Below, piece by piece: positions 19,387 through 29,041 of a stretch of DNA of 64,000 nucleotides. Made by a program: the position numbers and the translations under genes. Every line of letters begins with the position of its first letter. The first letter of the stretch is position 1. The notes beneath the pieces were generated by a model. The model was not told the origin of the DNA. It was given only the letters and a program-made list of their open reading frames with translations, and searched no databases. Location: contig JANWJT010000017.1 in assembly GCA_025451755.1 (NCBI GenBank), positions 16,147-80,146 of the forward strand. The letters are read 5' to 3'. The stretch is from Candidatus Microgenomates bacterium. GTDB taxonomy: Bacteria > Patescibacteriota > Microgenomatia > Levybacterales > UBA12049.

Positions 19387-20220
19387 ATGAGAAATCTTAT
19401 TGTAATTGCCGATTGGGCAGAAGACTCTTTAACTTGTCAGGAAATTACTTCATCTGTCCAAGGGTTTTTGTCTACAAATTTTTTGCCAAAAATTACTTTT
19501 GTTGCTTCGACTCCATCAACTATTCACACTTCCTATCTTATAAATCAGGTTGTTGAAACAGAAGAGAGGCTTGGTAAGCCAAAAAATACTGTAATTTTTC
19601 AGAATACAGATCCCAGGCTTCAGGCAAAAAAGGGTGTCAAAAAAGCAAAAGGAGCTGAATTTATTCTAATTGAATTAAAGAGCGGGATTTTTGTTTGTGG
19701 ACCCAATGCAGGTTATGATTTTTCAATGATAAAAGATAAAATTAAAAAAATTTATTTACTTAAAAATTTTGACAAAGGCACGCAATTTAGGTCAAGAGAT
19801 TTGTATTCTATGGTTTCTGCAAAACTTATAGAGGATAAGTCAGAAGATTTAAAATTAATTCCAGCATCTTTAAGCATTATTCCAAATATTGGTAATGAAT
19901 ATTTTATAGGACACATCGATAACTACGGAAATATTAAAACTACAATAAAACTCTCAGATCTTAAGAAAAAGGGTTTTAAGTTTGGGAAAAAAATAGAAAT
20001 CTCTATAAAGGGAATCACCAGAATTTGTGAATTTTCAACCAATCTTTTTGGTGCTCATCCGGGAAAACTTATAATTTATCCGGGATCTTCTGGTAATAAA
20101 AGCGATCCTTATTTAGAAATATCGGTCTGGCGACATTTTACAGAGGATGAAAAAACTACGGGCGTTCACGAATTCCACAACCCTCTCCCCGGAGATACTA
20201 TCAATATAGAGAACAATTAG
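19387..20220 (+). CDS. SAM-dependent chlorinase/fluorinase (DUF62) family protein, divergent
   Basis: IADW..D, NTDP, GPNAG, FRSRD, HIDNYGNIKT. Confidence 0.7.
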   Translation: MRNLIVIADWAEDSLTCQEITSSVQGFLSTNFLPKITFVASTPSTIHTSYLINQVVETEERLGKPKNTVIFQNTDPRLQAKKGVKKAKGAEFILIELKSGIFVCGPNAGYDFSMIKDKIKKIYLLKNFDKGTQFRSRDLYSMVSAKLIEDKSEDLKLIPASLSIIPNIGNEYFIGHIDNYGNIKTTIKLSDLKKKGFKFGKKIEISIKGITRICEFSTNLFGAHPGKLIIYPGSSGNKSDPYLEISVWRHFTEDEKTTGVHEFHNPLPGDTINIENN

Positions 20221-20228
20221 AGCCACGT

Positions 20229-20882
20229 TTATTGTTGACCAATATCTTCTTTGTGTGGAAATCGGCTAGCTAATGATTGCGGTGCAACTAAAAATTCTGC
20301 TCTTGTTCGATATGCGGGTAATGTGTGCTGTTGAATAACCGGTAGTAGATTAGTTATACGGAGTACCCCTGCCATAGTGGCTGGCAAAGCTTCAAGCCCT
20401 TCTGGTTCAAAAAACACAGAAAATGTCTTATCTCTGTTTGCAAGAGAAATCATATTGTTCCAGTCATCAGGGGTTAGCTCTTCAACACCACCATGACTTG
20501 GTTCTATAGTTAAAGGAAGCGGTGTTCCACGAAGGCTTTCCTCATACAAGTCACAAAACAAATTTGCATCAAAAACTTGCTCTACGAGCGTAGATTCTAT
20601 AGCAATTCCCGAGAGGCCAAAAAGAACCGCTGCATGATTTATTATAAGAGCCATTTTTTTCTTTCGAGGGATTGGCGCAGATGTTTTTCCATCTCGATAA
20701 AATTCAATATGGTCTTCATTTATTTCTCTTCCTATGCTTCTCATTCCATCTGTTCCTTCTGTGATGAATTCTTGAAAAAGCACATGTATTTTTGATTTTC
20801 TTTCTTGCTCAGCTTTTTGCTCCACTAAATGTGCTAACTCAGCACCTGGCGGATAGTTGTCGAAAAAACTTTCGATGCTCAT
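20229..20882 (-). CDS. Hypothetical protein
   Basis: 217-aa ORF with TGATATAAT just upstream of ATG. Confidence 0.7.
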   Translation of the reverse strand: MSIESFFDNYPPGAELAHLVEQKAEQERKSKIHVLFQEFITEGTDGMRSIGREINEDHIEFYRDGKTSAPIPRKKKMALIINHAAVLFGLSGIAIESTLVEQVFDANLFCDLYEESLRGTPLPLTIEPSHGGVEELTPDDWNNMISLANRDKTFSVFFEPEGLEALPATMAGVLRITNLLPVIQQHTLPAYRTRAEFLVAPQSLASRFPHKEDIGQQ

Positions 20883-20906
20883 TTACGCGGATTATATCAT
20901 AGCAAG

Positions 20907-21680
20907 CTATTTAATTATAAGAAGCCAAAAAAGAATTGCTAAGACTATTCTGTAAATCCCAAAGGGAATAAAAGTGTGTGTTTGAACAAATTTTAAAAAA
21001 AATTTAACTGCAAAGACAGCTGTTATAAATGAACCAAGCAGTCCCACAATAAGTAAATTATATTCGCCTGATGTAAAAGAAAATCCGCTTTTTATAAGAT
21101 CCAAGCCTGTTGCTGCAAGCATTGTTGGAATTGCCAGTAAAAATGAAAATTCAACTGCAGTTTTTCTTTTTAATCCTAAAAATAAACCCCCCATTATTGT
21201 TGCCCCAGCTCTTGAAACGCCCGGGATAACAGATATAGACTGGCAAAGACCAATTAAAAAAGCCTGATTATAGGAAATTTGCTCAACTTTAGATAAATGA
21301 TGATCTTGTTCTTTGTATATTTTCTCCAAAATTATAAGAATAACTCCGCCTAAAAAAAGTGCAAATAAAGTAACGTAGCTATTTCCTAAGAATAAGTCTT
21401 TAATTATTTTGTAAATAGCTAAACCAACTATTCCTGTTGGAATAAATGCAATTATCAATTTTGGCCAAAGCTTAAAGCTTGTCACCACTTTTTTCCAATA
21501 AAGAAAAACTACTGCCAGAATTGCGCCAAGCTGAATTATTATTTCAAAACTTTTAATAAATTCAGTTTGAGGGATTCGTAAAATATCAGTTGTTAAAATT
21601 AAATGTCCAGTTGATGAAATGGGAAGAAATTCTGTAAGACCCTCAACTATAGAAAGAATAACTGTTTGAGCAAAGTCCAC
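20907..21680 (-). CDS. uppP: Undecaprenyl-diphosphate phosphatase (BacA family)
   Basis: EGLTEFLPISSTGH, PGVSRAGATI. Confidence 0.95.
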   Translation of the reverse strand: MDFAQTVILSIVEGLTEFLPISSTGHLILTTDILRIPQTEFIKSFEIIIQLGAILAVVFLYWKKVVTSFKLWPKLIIAFIPTGIVGLAIYKIIKDLFLGNSYVTLFALFLGGVILIILEKIYKEQDHHLSKVEQISYNQAFLIGLCQSISVIPGVSRAGATIMGGLFLGLKRKTAVEFSFLLAIPTMLAATGLDLIKSGFSFTSGEYNLLIVGLLGSFITAVFAVKFFLKFVQTHTFIPFGIYRIVLAILFWLLIIK

Positions 21681-21783
21681 ATTGTTATTATAAACTCAGG
21701 TCGATCTTGGCGCAATTATTGAATGTCATAAGTAATAAATTTAACATGTTGTAAATTCTCAAAGAACTTGATATAAATTAGTT

Positions 21784-22167
21784 ATGGCGCATGACGAGCA
21801 TCACGAACATTTAGTAAAAGAATTAGCCGATCAATTAGAACCAGTCTTTTCTAAATCTCCACAGGCAATATATCTTTATCTTGATGATGCTCACAAGATT
21901 TGTAATCAAGCGTTTGCAGATATGCTCGGGTACTCTTCTATAGAAGAATGGGTTGCTAATGAAGCTCCAGTAGGAGATGTAGCCGAAGTCGATCAGCCAA
22001 AGGTAATTGAAGCTTACGGAGAAGCTTCTGATAACTTTAAAGCTTCTGTGGTTACTGCAACTATTGTAAAAAAAGATGGAACGCAAATAAAAACAAAAGT
22101 AATAATGACGCCAATCACATATAAAGGGGAAACTTTTGTTCTCCACTTCATCTCAGAAGAAAAATAA
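21784..22167 (+). CDS. Stand-alone PAS domain protein
   Basis: CNQAFADMLGYSS and KKDG PAS/PAC signatures; His-rich N-terminus. Confidence 0.75.
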   Translation: MAHDEHHEHLVKELADQLEPVFSKSPQAIYLYLDDAHKICNQAFADMLGYSSIEEWVANEAPVGDVAEVDQPKVIEAYGEASDNFKASVVTATIVKKDGTQIKTKVIMTPITYKGETFVLHFISEEK

Positions 22168-22219
22168 CAGGCTCCAAATTCATCCAACTCTCATTTATAT
22201 AGTTCAATAGATTTGGTGC

Positions 22220-22248
22220 TTGACAAGTACTACAACTAGGTGTAATAT
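22220..22248 (+). promoter_or_regulatory. sigma70 promoter
   Basis: TTGACA, 17-nt spacer, TAATAT, then ATG 22256 7 nt later. Confidence 0.7.
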
Positions 22249-22255
22249 ATGAAGT

Positions 22256-22423
22256 ATGACAACTAATAAAACGCAACGCGTAACACTTTTTCTAAATTCT
22301 GCTTTATTAAAACATGCTAAAGCTCAAGCCGTAATTGAGGAAATGAGCTTAACTGCTTTAATGGAGACAGCTCTAGTTAAATATTTGCCCAAAGAAACAA
22401 TAATTAAGAAAATTCAAATTTAA
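22256..22423 (+). CDS. Ribbon-helix-helix (CopG/Arc-like) protein, 55 aa, not in ORF track
   Basis: MTTNKTQRVTLFLNSALLKHAKAQAVIEEMSLTALMETALVKYL...: alternating beta strand followed by two helices. Confidence 0.75.
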   Translation: MTTNKTQRVTLFLNSALLKHAKAQAVIEEMSLTALMETALVKYLPKETIIKKIQI

Positions 22424-22424
22424 T

Positions 22425-22874
22425 ATGAATGAAGCAGACGTTACTCAAGAAGTAACAACAATTGAAAATCAAGCTCCTCAGCAGGTTATTAGAAAAACCA
22501 CAATACAGGCTGAGCCTCAGGCAAAAGGAGAAGGTTCTCAGAAAGTTTTTGACAAAAAGAAAACAATCTTTAGGTTTAATCAAATTATTTGGTATATCTT
22601 AGGGTTGATTGAAGTGCTACTAGTATTTAGGATTATTCTTAAGGCATTAGGCGCAAATCCATTTGCCGGATTTACCAATTTAATTTACTCTATAACGACC
22701 CCATTATCAGCTCCTTTTAATGGCATTTTAGGATCACCAAATATTACAGGCACTTCAATAATTGAGTGGCCAGCAATAATTGCTGCAATAGTATATCTCT
22801 GTGTAGCTTGGGGACTGGTCTATCTTTTGGAACTTATCTACCCAATTACACCAAAGGATGTTGAGACACAATAG
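22425..22874 (+). CDS. YggT family membrane protein
   Basis: FRIILKALGANP..FTNLIYSITTPLSAPF. Confidence 0.75.
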   Translation: MNEADVTQEVTTIENQAPQQVIRKTTIQAEPQAKGEGSQKVFDKKKTIFRFNQIIWYILGLIEVLLVFRIILKALGANPFAGFTNLIYSITTPLSAPFNGILGSPNITGTSIIEWPAIIAAIVYLCVAWGLVYLLELIYPITPKDVETQ

Positions 22875-22877
22875 ATT

Positions 22878-23186
22878 ATGTTAATAGCTATCGTAGTTAT
22901 TCTTATAATTCTCTGGTTCCTTGGATATGCTCCAATATCGGAGATTTCTATCCCGAATTTCGTTCTTGTTACGATAAATAATCACCCGGTTACCTTGTGG
23001 GAAATTTTAATTCTGGCGGTAATTGGTTGGGCAATAGGTATTTTGCCCCGTCCATTTCAAATAGTTGCATCGGTGCTACTCATAATATGGATCCTTTCCA
23101 TTTTAGGCATTCTTCCAGTCGTAGGGCTTTCGGGTATCATCGTTCTCGCAATTATCGCGGCACTTATCGTATCTATTTTTCTATGA
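22878..23186 (+). CDS. Hypothetical membrane protein
   Basis: Highly hydrophobic; operon position. Confidence 0.7.
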   Translation: MLIAIVVILIILWFLGYAPISEISIPNFVLVTINNHPVTLWEILILAVIGWAIGILPRPFQIVASVLLIIWILSILGILPVVGLSGIIVLAIIAALIVSIFL

Positions 23187-23467
23187 AAAATATTCCTCAG
23201 AAAAAACAAAAAAATAACAAAAACACAATTGGTTCTGTTGTTGCCGGAGTAGCAGGAGCGGTTGCAGTAGCAGGCGTAGCAGTCGCAACAATGGCGCTAA
23301 AAGATGAAAAAACCAGAAAAAAAGTAAAGAAAGTGCTGGGAGATGTAAGAGATCAAGTAATAGATTATGCTGAAGCATTAAAAGTAGAGCCAAATAGCGA
23401 GGAAGAAGCTCGTACGATCAAAAAGACCAAGGCAGACACAAAGAAAGATAAAATAAAAAACAAATAA
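23183..23467 (+). CDS. YtxH-like single-TM basic protein
   Basis: Real start ATG 23183 (ATGA overlap); Gly/Ala/Val TM segment followed by a Lys-rich helix. Confidence 0.65.
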   Translation: MKNIPQKKQKNNKNTIGSVVAGVAGAVAVAGVAVATMALKDEKTRKKVKKVLGDVRDQVIDYAEALKVEPNSEEEARTIKKTKADTKKDKIKNK

Positions 23468-23674
23468 CAGAGATAATAACCTATAGTCTGTTGACATTAA
23501 TCTCTGGCTATGGTATAGTATAACTTAAGATATAAAAGAATATATCTGCTTAACTTTGACAAAGTTTGAATAATTTAAGATAAAGGTACCCCGACTTCAT
23601 TTTTTTGTATCTTGTCTCCATATTCACACATCTAGTTATTATTTAGGCAGGTATATTCTTTTATTAAATAAATT

Positions 23675-24823
23675 ATGTATAAAAAACAATTTAGACAGAA
23701 TTGGCAAAAAAGATTTAATAAGCCTAAAAAACTTAATCCCTCTTTTTATATTAAAAAAGCAGACGAGGCAGAAGAAAAAATTTTCATTCCAAAACACAAT
23801 TTTTCGGATTTTCTTATAAATGATCAATTAAAGAAAAATATTCTTGAAAAAGGATATGCTTCTCCAACTCCCATACAGGATGAAGCGATAGAACATATTC
23901 TTTTGGGAAAAGATATTATTGGACTTGCAAATACAGGAACTGGTAAAACAGCTGCGTTTCTAATTCCACTAATAAACAAAGTCTTATATAATCGTTCACA
24001 AAAAATACTTGTTATCGCTCCCACAAGAGAACTGGCCGTACAAATTCAGGAAGAATTTATTGCTTTTACTAAAAATATGAATGTTTATTCTGTGTTATGT
24101 ATTGGCGGAGTAAATATATATAGGCAAATTCATAATTTAAGACGGGACCACGATATTGTTATTGCAACACCAGGGCGAATAAAAGATCTTGAACAGCAGG
24201 GAAAACTAAAATTGTTTAAGTACAATAATATAGTACTTGATGAAGTAGATCGAATGATGGATATGGGTTTTATAAATGATATTAAATTTATAATTTCCCG
24301 CTTGCCACAAAATCGCCAATCGTTATTTTTCTCAGCAACTCTTCCGCAAGAGATAAGTGGACTTGCACATTCATTTTTAAAAAATCCTGTTACCATTTCG
24401 GTAAAATTACAGGAAATACCGCTTAAAGTTGATCAAGACGTCGTGAGAGTAAATGGAAGAGTTAAGGCCGATATTCTTCTTGACCTATTATCAACAAAAG
24501 GATTCGATAAAGTTCTTGTTTTTGGCCGCACAAAATGGGCCATGAACAAACTTTTTGTATTCTTAGACCGGCGCGGTTTTAAAGTTGCTGCAATTCACGG
24601 AAATAAAAATCAGGCGCAAAGACAGCGAGCACTTAATCAATTTAAAAATGGACTAGTTAATATTCTTATTGCAACAGATGTTGCTTCGAGGGGACTTGAT
24701 ATAGACGATGTAACTCACGTAATAAATTATGATGAGCCTGCATCTTATGATGATTATATTCACCGAATAGGAAGAACTGGAAGAGCAAATAAAACAGGTA
24801 CTGCATTAACTTTTATAGACTAA
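23675..24823 (+). CDS. DEAD-box RNA helicase
   Basis: PTPIQ, TGTGKT, PTRELA, DEVD, SAT, HRIGRTGR. Confidence 0.95.
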   Translation: MYKKQFRQNWQKRFNKPKKLNPSFYIKKADEAEEKIFIPKHNFSDFLINDQLKKNILEKGYASPTPIQDEAIEHILLGKDIIGLANTGTGKTAAFLIPLINKVLYNRSQKILVIAPTRELAVQIQEEFIAFTKNMNVYSVLCIGGVNIYRQIHNLRRDHDIVIATPGRIKDLEQQGKLKLFKYNNIVLDEVDRMMDMGFINDIKFIISRLPQNRQSLFFSATLPQEISGLAHSFLKNPVTISVKLQEIPLKVDQDVVRVNGRVKADILLDLLSTKGFDKVLVFGRTKWAMNKLFVFLDRRGFKVAAIHGNKNQAQRQRALNQFKNGLVNILIATDVASRGLDIDDVTHVINYDEPASYDDYIHRIGRTGRANKTGTALTFID

Positions 24824-24836
24824 TAAAATTTTTAAT

Positions 24837-26672
24837 ATGAAAGATATAAGAAACATAGCAATAATCGCACACGTTGATCATGGAAAAACAACCTTAGTCG
24901 ATGCGCTTTTAAAGCAATCCGAAACAAAACTTTCAAAAAATTCTTCGGACTCGCTAATTATGGATAGTAATGAACTCGAACAAGAAAGAGGTATTACTAT
25001 TTTTTCAAAAAACGCTTCAATTCTGTGGCACGATCCTTCAGTAGGTTCAGGACAGACTACAAAAATAAATATTATTGATACTCCAGGACACGCAGATTTT
25101 GGAGGAGAAGTAGAGCGGGTTTTAACAATGGCTGACGGATGTCTTTTATTAATAGATGCAAAAGAAGGTCCAATGCCACAGACAAGATTTGTTTTAAAAA
25201 AAGCACTCGAGAAAAAACATAAAATTATTGTTGTAGTAAATAAAATTGACCGTCCGGATGCAAGAATCGAATACGTCTTAGATAAAACTCTTGATTTATT
25301 TATAGAGCTTGGAGCAGACGAAGATATTGCTGATTTCCCAATAGTTTATGCTTCTGCGAAAAATGGAAAGGCAGGATTTTCAAAAGATTTAAGCGAAATG
25401 GAAGACATATCTGCAGTCTTTGAGGCAATTTTAAAATATGTGCCAAAACCAACAGGTAATATTGAAGAGCCTCTTCAGATGCTTGTTTCGACAATTACAA
25501 GCGATCTCCATAAGGGAAGAATTGCAATCGGCAGAATTTTTAACGGGAAAATTAACGTAGGGCAAGACGTAACGCACATAAATAGAAACGGAGAAAATAA
25601 AAAATACCGCCTTACATCTCTTATGACATTTTTGGGACTTGATCGAGTTGATACGCAAGAGGCAGAAGTTGGAGATATTGTGGCAATTTCGGGAATCCCA
25701 GATATAAATATTGGAGAAACTATCGCAGATGTAGAAAATCCAAAAGCACTTCCTCTTTTAAACATTGAAGAGCCTACAATAAAAATGACATTTATGGTAA
25801 ATAATTCTCCATTTGCCGGAAAAGAGGGGGAATTTAAAACTTCAAGACAAATTCAGGAAAGACTTATGAAAGAACTAGAAACAGATATGGCATTAAAAAT
25901 CATAGAACTTCCAACTGGAGGATGGGAAGTTTCGGGTCGGGGAGAACTTCATTTGGCAATTCTTATAGAAAGATTAAGACGTGAAGGATATGAATTCCAG
26001 GTTGCCAGACCGCAAGTAATCGAAAAAGAAACAAATGAAGGAATTCTTACCCCATACGAAGAATTATTTATTGAAGTTCCCGAAGGATATAACGGAATTG
26101 TTATGCAAAAACTTGGCAACAGACGTGGAGAGCTCAAAGACATGAAGCTTGAAAACGGAATTGCCTATATGGAATTTATTATTACAACGCGCGGACTCTT
26201 TGGTTACCGAAGTGAATTTGTTACCGATACAAGAGGACTTGGAATTCTAAATTCTTCGTTTGATCATTATGGAAAAAACAATGGTTACGAGCATGAAAGA
26301 GAACAGGGGTCTCTGGTTGCAAACGAGGACGGAAAGACAACTTTGTATGGGCTGACCAACGTACAAGACAGAGGAGCTTTGTTTATTGGGCCGGCTATTT
26401 CTGTTTATAAAGGTCAGGTTGTAGGACAAAATGCCAGAAACGAAGACATAAGAGTAAATCCCTGCAAAATAAAACAGCAAACGAATATGCGTTCAAAAGG
26501 AGAAGGAGTTTCTGTTCATTTTAACGCTCCTCGTGTTATGGAACTTGAAGATGCTCTTGAATATATTTCGGACGACGAGTTGGTAGAAGTTACTCCAAAA
26601 AATATTAGAATAAGAAAGAAAATATTAGACGAAGCCGAAGAAAAAAGAAGAAGATCTCAGGGAATTAAGTAG
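24837..26672 (+). CDS. typA: Translational GTPase TypA/BipA
   Basis: AHVDHGKTT, DTPGHADFGGEVER, GRGELHL, DELVEVTP. Confidence 0.96.
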   Translation: MKDIRNIAIIAHVDHGKTTLVDALLKQSETKLSKNSSDSLIMDSNELEQERGITIFSKNASILWHDPSVGSGQTTKINIIDTPGHADFGGEVERVLTMADGCLLLIDAKEGPMPQTRFVLKKALEKKHKIIVVVNKIDRPDARIEYVLDKTLDLFIELGADEDIADFPIVYASAKNGKAGFSKDLSEMEDISAVFEAILKYVPKPTGNIEEPLQMLVSTITSDLHKGRIAIGRIFNGKINVGQDVTHINRNGENKKYRLTSLMTFLGLDRVDTQEAEVGDIVAISGIPDINIGETIADVENPKALPLLNIEEPTIKMTFMVNNSPFAGKEGEFKTSRQIQERLMKELETDMALKIIELPTGGWEVSGRGELHLAILIERLRREGYEFQVARPQVIEKETNEGILTPYEELFIEVPEGYNGIVMQKLGNRRGELKDMKLENGIAYMEFIITTRGLFGYRSEFVTDTRGLGILNSSFDHYGKNNGYEHEREQGSLVANEDGKTTLYGLTNVQDRGALFIGPAISVYKGQVVGQNARNEDIRVNPCKIKQQTNMRSKGEGVSVHFNAPRVMELEDALEYISDDELVEVTPKNIRIRKKILDEAEEKRRRSQGIK

Positions 26673-26675
26673 ATT

Positions 26676-27128
26676 CTAATTAACTAATTTCGAAGTTTTT
26701 TTAGACACTCTTTTCTTTTTGATAATAGGAACTTCTGCTTCTGGCATTTGAATAGGTTCGCTTACTTTCACTTTCTTAACTTCCTCTTTTGTATTTAGTA
26801 AGTTGAGTATTTTATCAAGCTTTGCGTTTAATGCTTCAAATTGCTGTTTATATTGAGGTTGTTCTGTCGGTCTATTATTTGTTCGATCATTACCACGATT
26901 TTCAAAATTAGAACGCCTCGGGAAATTATTATCAGATCTTGGTGAATCTGAAGATCTGTTTTTCTGGAAACATTCCCTGCAAAAAACAGGCTTACTTCCA
27001 TTTGGTTTAAAAGGCACTTCGCATTCTTTACCACAATTACTGCAAATTGTTTTATGCATCATTTGTGGCCTATTAAAATCTCTTCCTCCTCCGCCACCGG
27101 ATCTTCGGTCTCTATTAAAATTTCCCAC
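26676..27128 (-). CDS. CxxC-x17-CxxC zinc-ribbon domain protein
   Basis: CSNCGKECEVPFKP..KPVFCRECF. Confidence 0.85.
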   Translation of the reverse strand: MGNFNRDRRSGGGGGRDFNRPQMMHKTICSNCGKECEVPFKPNGSKPVFCRECFQKNRSSDSPRSDNNFPRRSNFENRGNDRTNNRPTEQPQYKQQFEALNAKLDKILNLLNTKEEVKKVKVSEPIQMPEAEVPIIKKKRVSKKTSKLVN

Positions 27129-27168
27129 AAGCCATTATACCATGATCTGTTGCATAAATCATTACTTG

Positions 27169-27206
27169 TTGTTATATTAATTATTAATTGTTATATTAAT
27201 TATTAA
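27169..27206 (+). repeat. Perfect 19-bp tandem duplication of an extended -10 region
   Basis: TTGTTATATTAATTATTAA x2. Confidence 0.85.
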
Positions 27207-27598
27207 TGAAAATGAATCCTGTTGTACATTTTGAAATGCCTACGAAAAATAAGAAGAGAGTTAAGAAATTTTACGAGGTGGCATTCGGTTGGGAAATGGA
27301 TCAACTTGGGAAAGAAATGGGTCATTACCTTCTGGCTACAACAACTCCTCTGGACAAAAACAGAATGCATAAGGAAAAAGGCGCGATAAACGGAGGGTTT
27401 TTTCAATATGGTCCGGAAGGTAAAATCCCGCATCTTGTAATTTCTGTTGACGATCTTAAGAAGCATATAAAGATAGTGAAAAAAGTAGGAGGTAAGATTA
27501 TAGGAAAACCCATGGATATTCCGGGGATTGGAAAATTTGTGATGTTCTCAGATACCGAAGGGAACCAAGTAGGTATGCTCCAGCCCGTCAAGATGTAA
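27206..27598 (+). CDS. VOC/glyoxalase family protein
   Basis: VVHFEMP, FYEVAFGW, FSDTEGN. Confidence 0.9.
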   Translation: MKMNPVVHFEMPTKNKKRVKKFYEVAFGWEMDQLGKEMGHYLLATTTPLDKNRMHKEKGAINGGFFQYGPEGKIPHLVISVDDLKKHIKIVKKVGGKIIGKPMDIPGIGKFVMFSDTEGNQVGMLQPVKM

Positions 27599-27607
27599 TT
27601 TCCTCTT

Positions 27608-27961
27608 TTATTTTCCTATTTTCCCCAGATGTGTATCTTTAAATCCCGTATTCTCTTTTAGGCCAAATCCTAAAAGCCTATCCATTCCTACGTGAGCAAG
27701 GAGTATAGATCCAAACGAAACAATCAGCGCCTCATTTATAAGAACTCCAAAACCCATTATAAATATTGCCGGAGAGTAATTATGAACTAGATTGTACAAA
27801 GCCGCACCGGTTTTATGATTTTTCAAATATCCTATGATTGATAAATCAGGGACAAAAAACAAAATAATAAAAATAATCCAGTTATCAGAATTAATACTAT
27901 AAATATATATTGCTAAAAGAAGGATAGCTAGATTTTCCAGCCGAAGAATATTCTTTATCAT
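27608..27961 (-). CDS. DUF4260 family membrane protein
   Basis: LRLE, PDLS..GY, YNLVH, HVGMDRLLGFGLK, FKDTHLG. Confidence 0.85.
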   Translation of the reverse strand: MIKNILRLENLAILLLAIYIYSINSDNWIIFIILFFVPDLSIIGYLKNHKTGAALYNLVHNYSPAIFIMGFGVLINEALIVSFGSILLAHVGMDRLLGFGLKENTGFKDTHLGKIGK

Positions 27962-27980
27962 AACCTGAGTATATCAGGTT
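27962..27980. promoter_or_regulatory. 7-5-7 inverted repeat between divergent promoters (candidate operator)
   Basis: AACCTGA-GTATA-TCAGGTT. Confidence 0.5.
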
Positions 27981-27995
27981 TGATATAATTGCCTC

Positions 27996-28724
27996 ATGTA
28001 CGGGATTGCTAAATTTTTAGATCCCAATCATCCCGAAGCACATACAGTTAATACTAATGCAAAGCTTAACTGGCTTCGTGCTTCTGTTCTTGGAGCAAAC
28101 GACGGAATCGTTTCGATTGCAGGACTTGTCTTGGGAGTTGCAGGAGCAACAAATCATATTGGTATTATTTTTACAGCAGGAGTTGCCGGAATATTAGCAG
28201 GTGCAATATCAATGGCTGCAGGAGAATATGTGTCTGTTAGTAGTTCTCGCGATACCGAAAAAGCACTTCTTCAGAAAGAGCGCGACGAATTGCGTGATTA
28301 TCCCGAGGCAGAATTACAAGAATTAATATCTCTTCATGAAAGAAAAGGATTATCTAAAAAAACCGCAACAATAGTGGCGAAAGAATTAACTGCAAAAGAT
28401 GCTTTTGCAGCACATGTTGACATAGAACTTAGTATTGACCCAGAAAATCTGACAAGTCCCTGGCATGCTGCAATTGCATCGGCTTTATCATTTACCATAG
28501 GTGCAACAATACCAATTCTTGCAATTATTGTTCCTCCAGAGCAAATTCGCATACCAATCGCTTTTATTTCGGTAATTATTGCACTTGCAATTACGGGAAC
28601 CTTAAGCGCGATGGTTGGAGGCGCAAGTATTCCGCGAGCAGTAACTAGAGTTGTGCTTGGCGGTGTGCTTGCTATGATTGTTACTTACAGCATTGGAAAA
28701 CTCTTTAGCATCTCAGGAATTTAA
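27996..28724 (+). CDS. VIT1/CCC1 family Fe/Mn transporter
   Basis: LRASVLGANDGIVS, SMAAGEYVSV. Confidence 0.93.
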   Translation: MYGIAKFLDPNHPEAHTVNTNAKLNWLRASVLGANDGIVSIAGLVLGVAGATNHIGIIFTAGVAGILAGAISMAAGEYVSVSSSRDTEKALLQKERDELRDYPEAELQELISLHERKGLSKKTATIVAKELTAKDAFAAHVDIELSIDPENLTSPWHAAIASALSFTIGATIPILAIIVPPEQIRIPIAFISVIIALAITGTLSAMVGGASIPRAVTRVVLGGVLAMIVTYSIGKLFSISGI

Positions 28725-28746
28725 TTTCTTCTGATATAATAACTTC

Positions 28747-29013
28747 ATGAGAAGATTTGTTGCCGCTGGAATTTTAATTGGAATAATCCTGGGGATTTTT
28801 ATTACACTTTTATTGCCAAATTTTTTAACAATTGGCATGGAGCTTAATAAGCTTTCTAATCAAGCTAACAATTATCCATCTTATTTTTACTCTCCTAAAT
28901 CAGGAGGTATCTTTAATAATGATATTATTTTTGTCTCTCTAGCTCTTGGACTAGTTGGAGCCATAACTGGAATGATTCTTTTTAAGATTAAAAGATTATT
29001 CTCCAAGAAATAA
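28747..29013 (+). CDS. Hypothetical 2-TM protein
   Basis: Two hydrophobic segments; own -10 box. Confidence 0.65.
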   Translation: MRRFVAAGILIGIILGIFITLLLPNFLTIGMELNKLSNQANNYPSYFYSPKSGGIFNNDIIFVSLALGLVGAITGMILFKIKRLFSKK

Positions 29014-29041
29014 TAATTAATTCTTCTGCTATAATTTCCTT

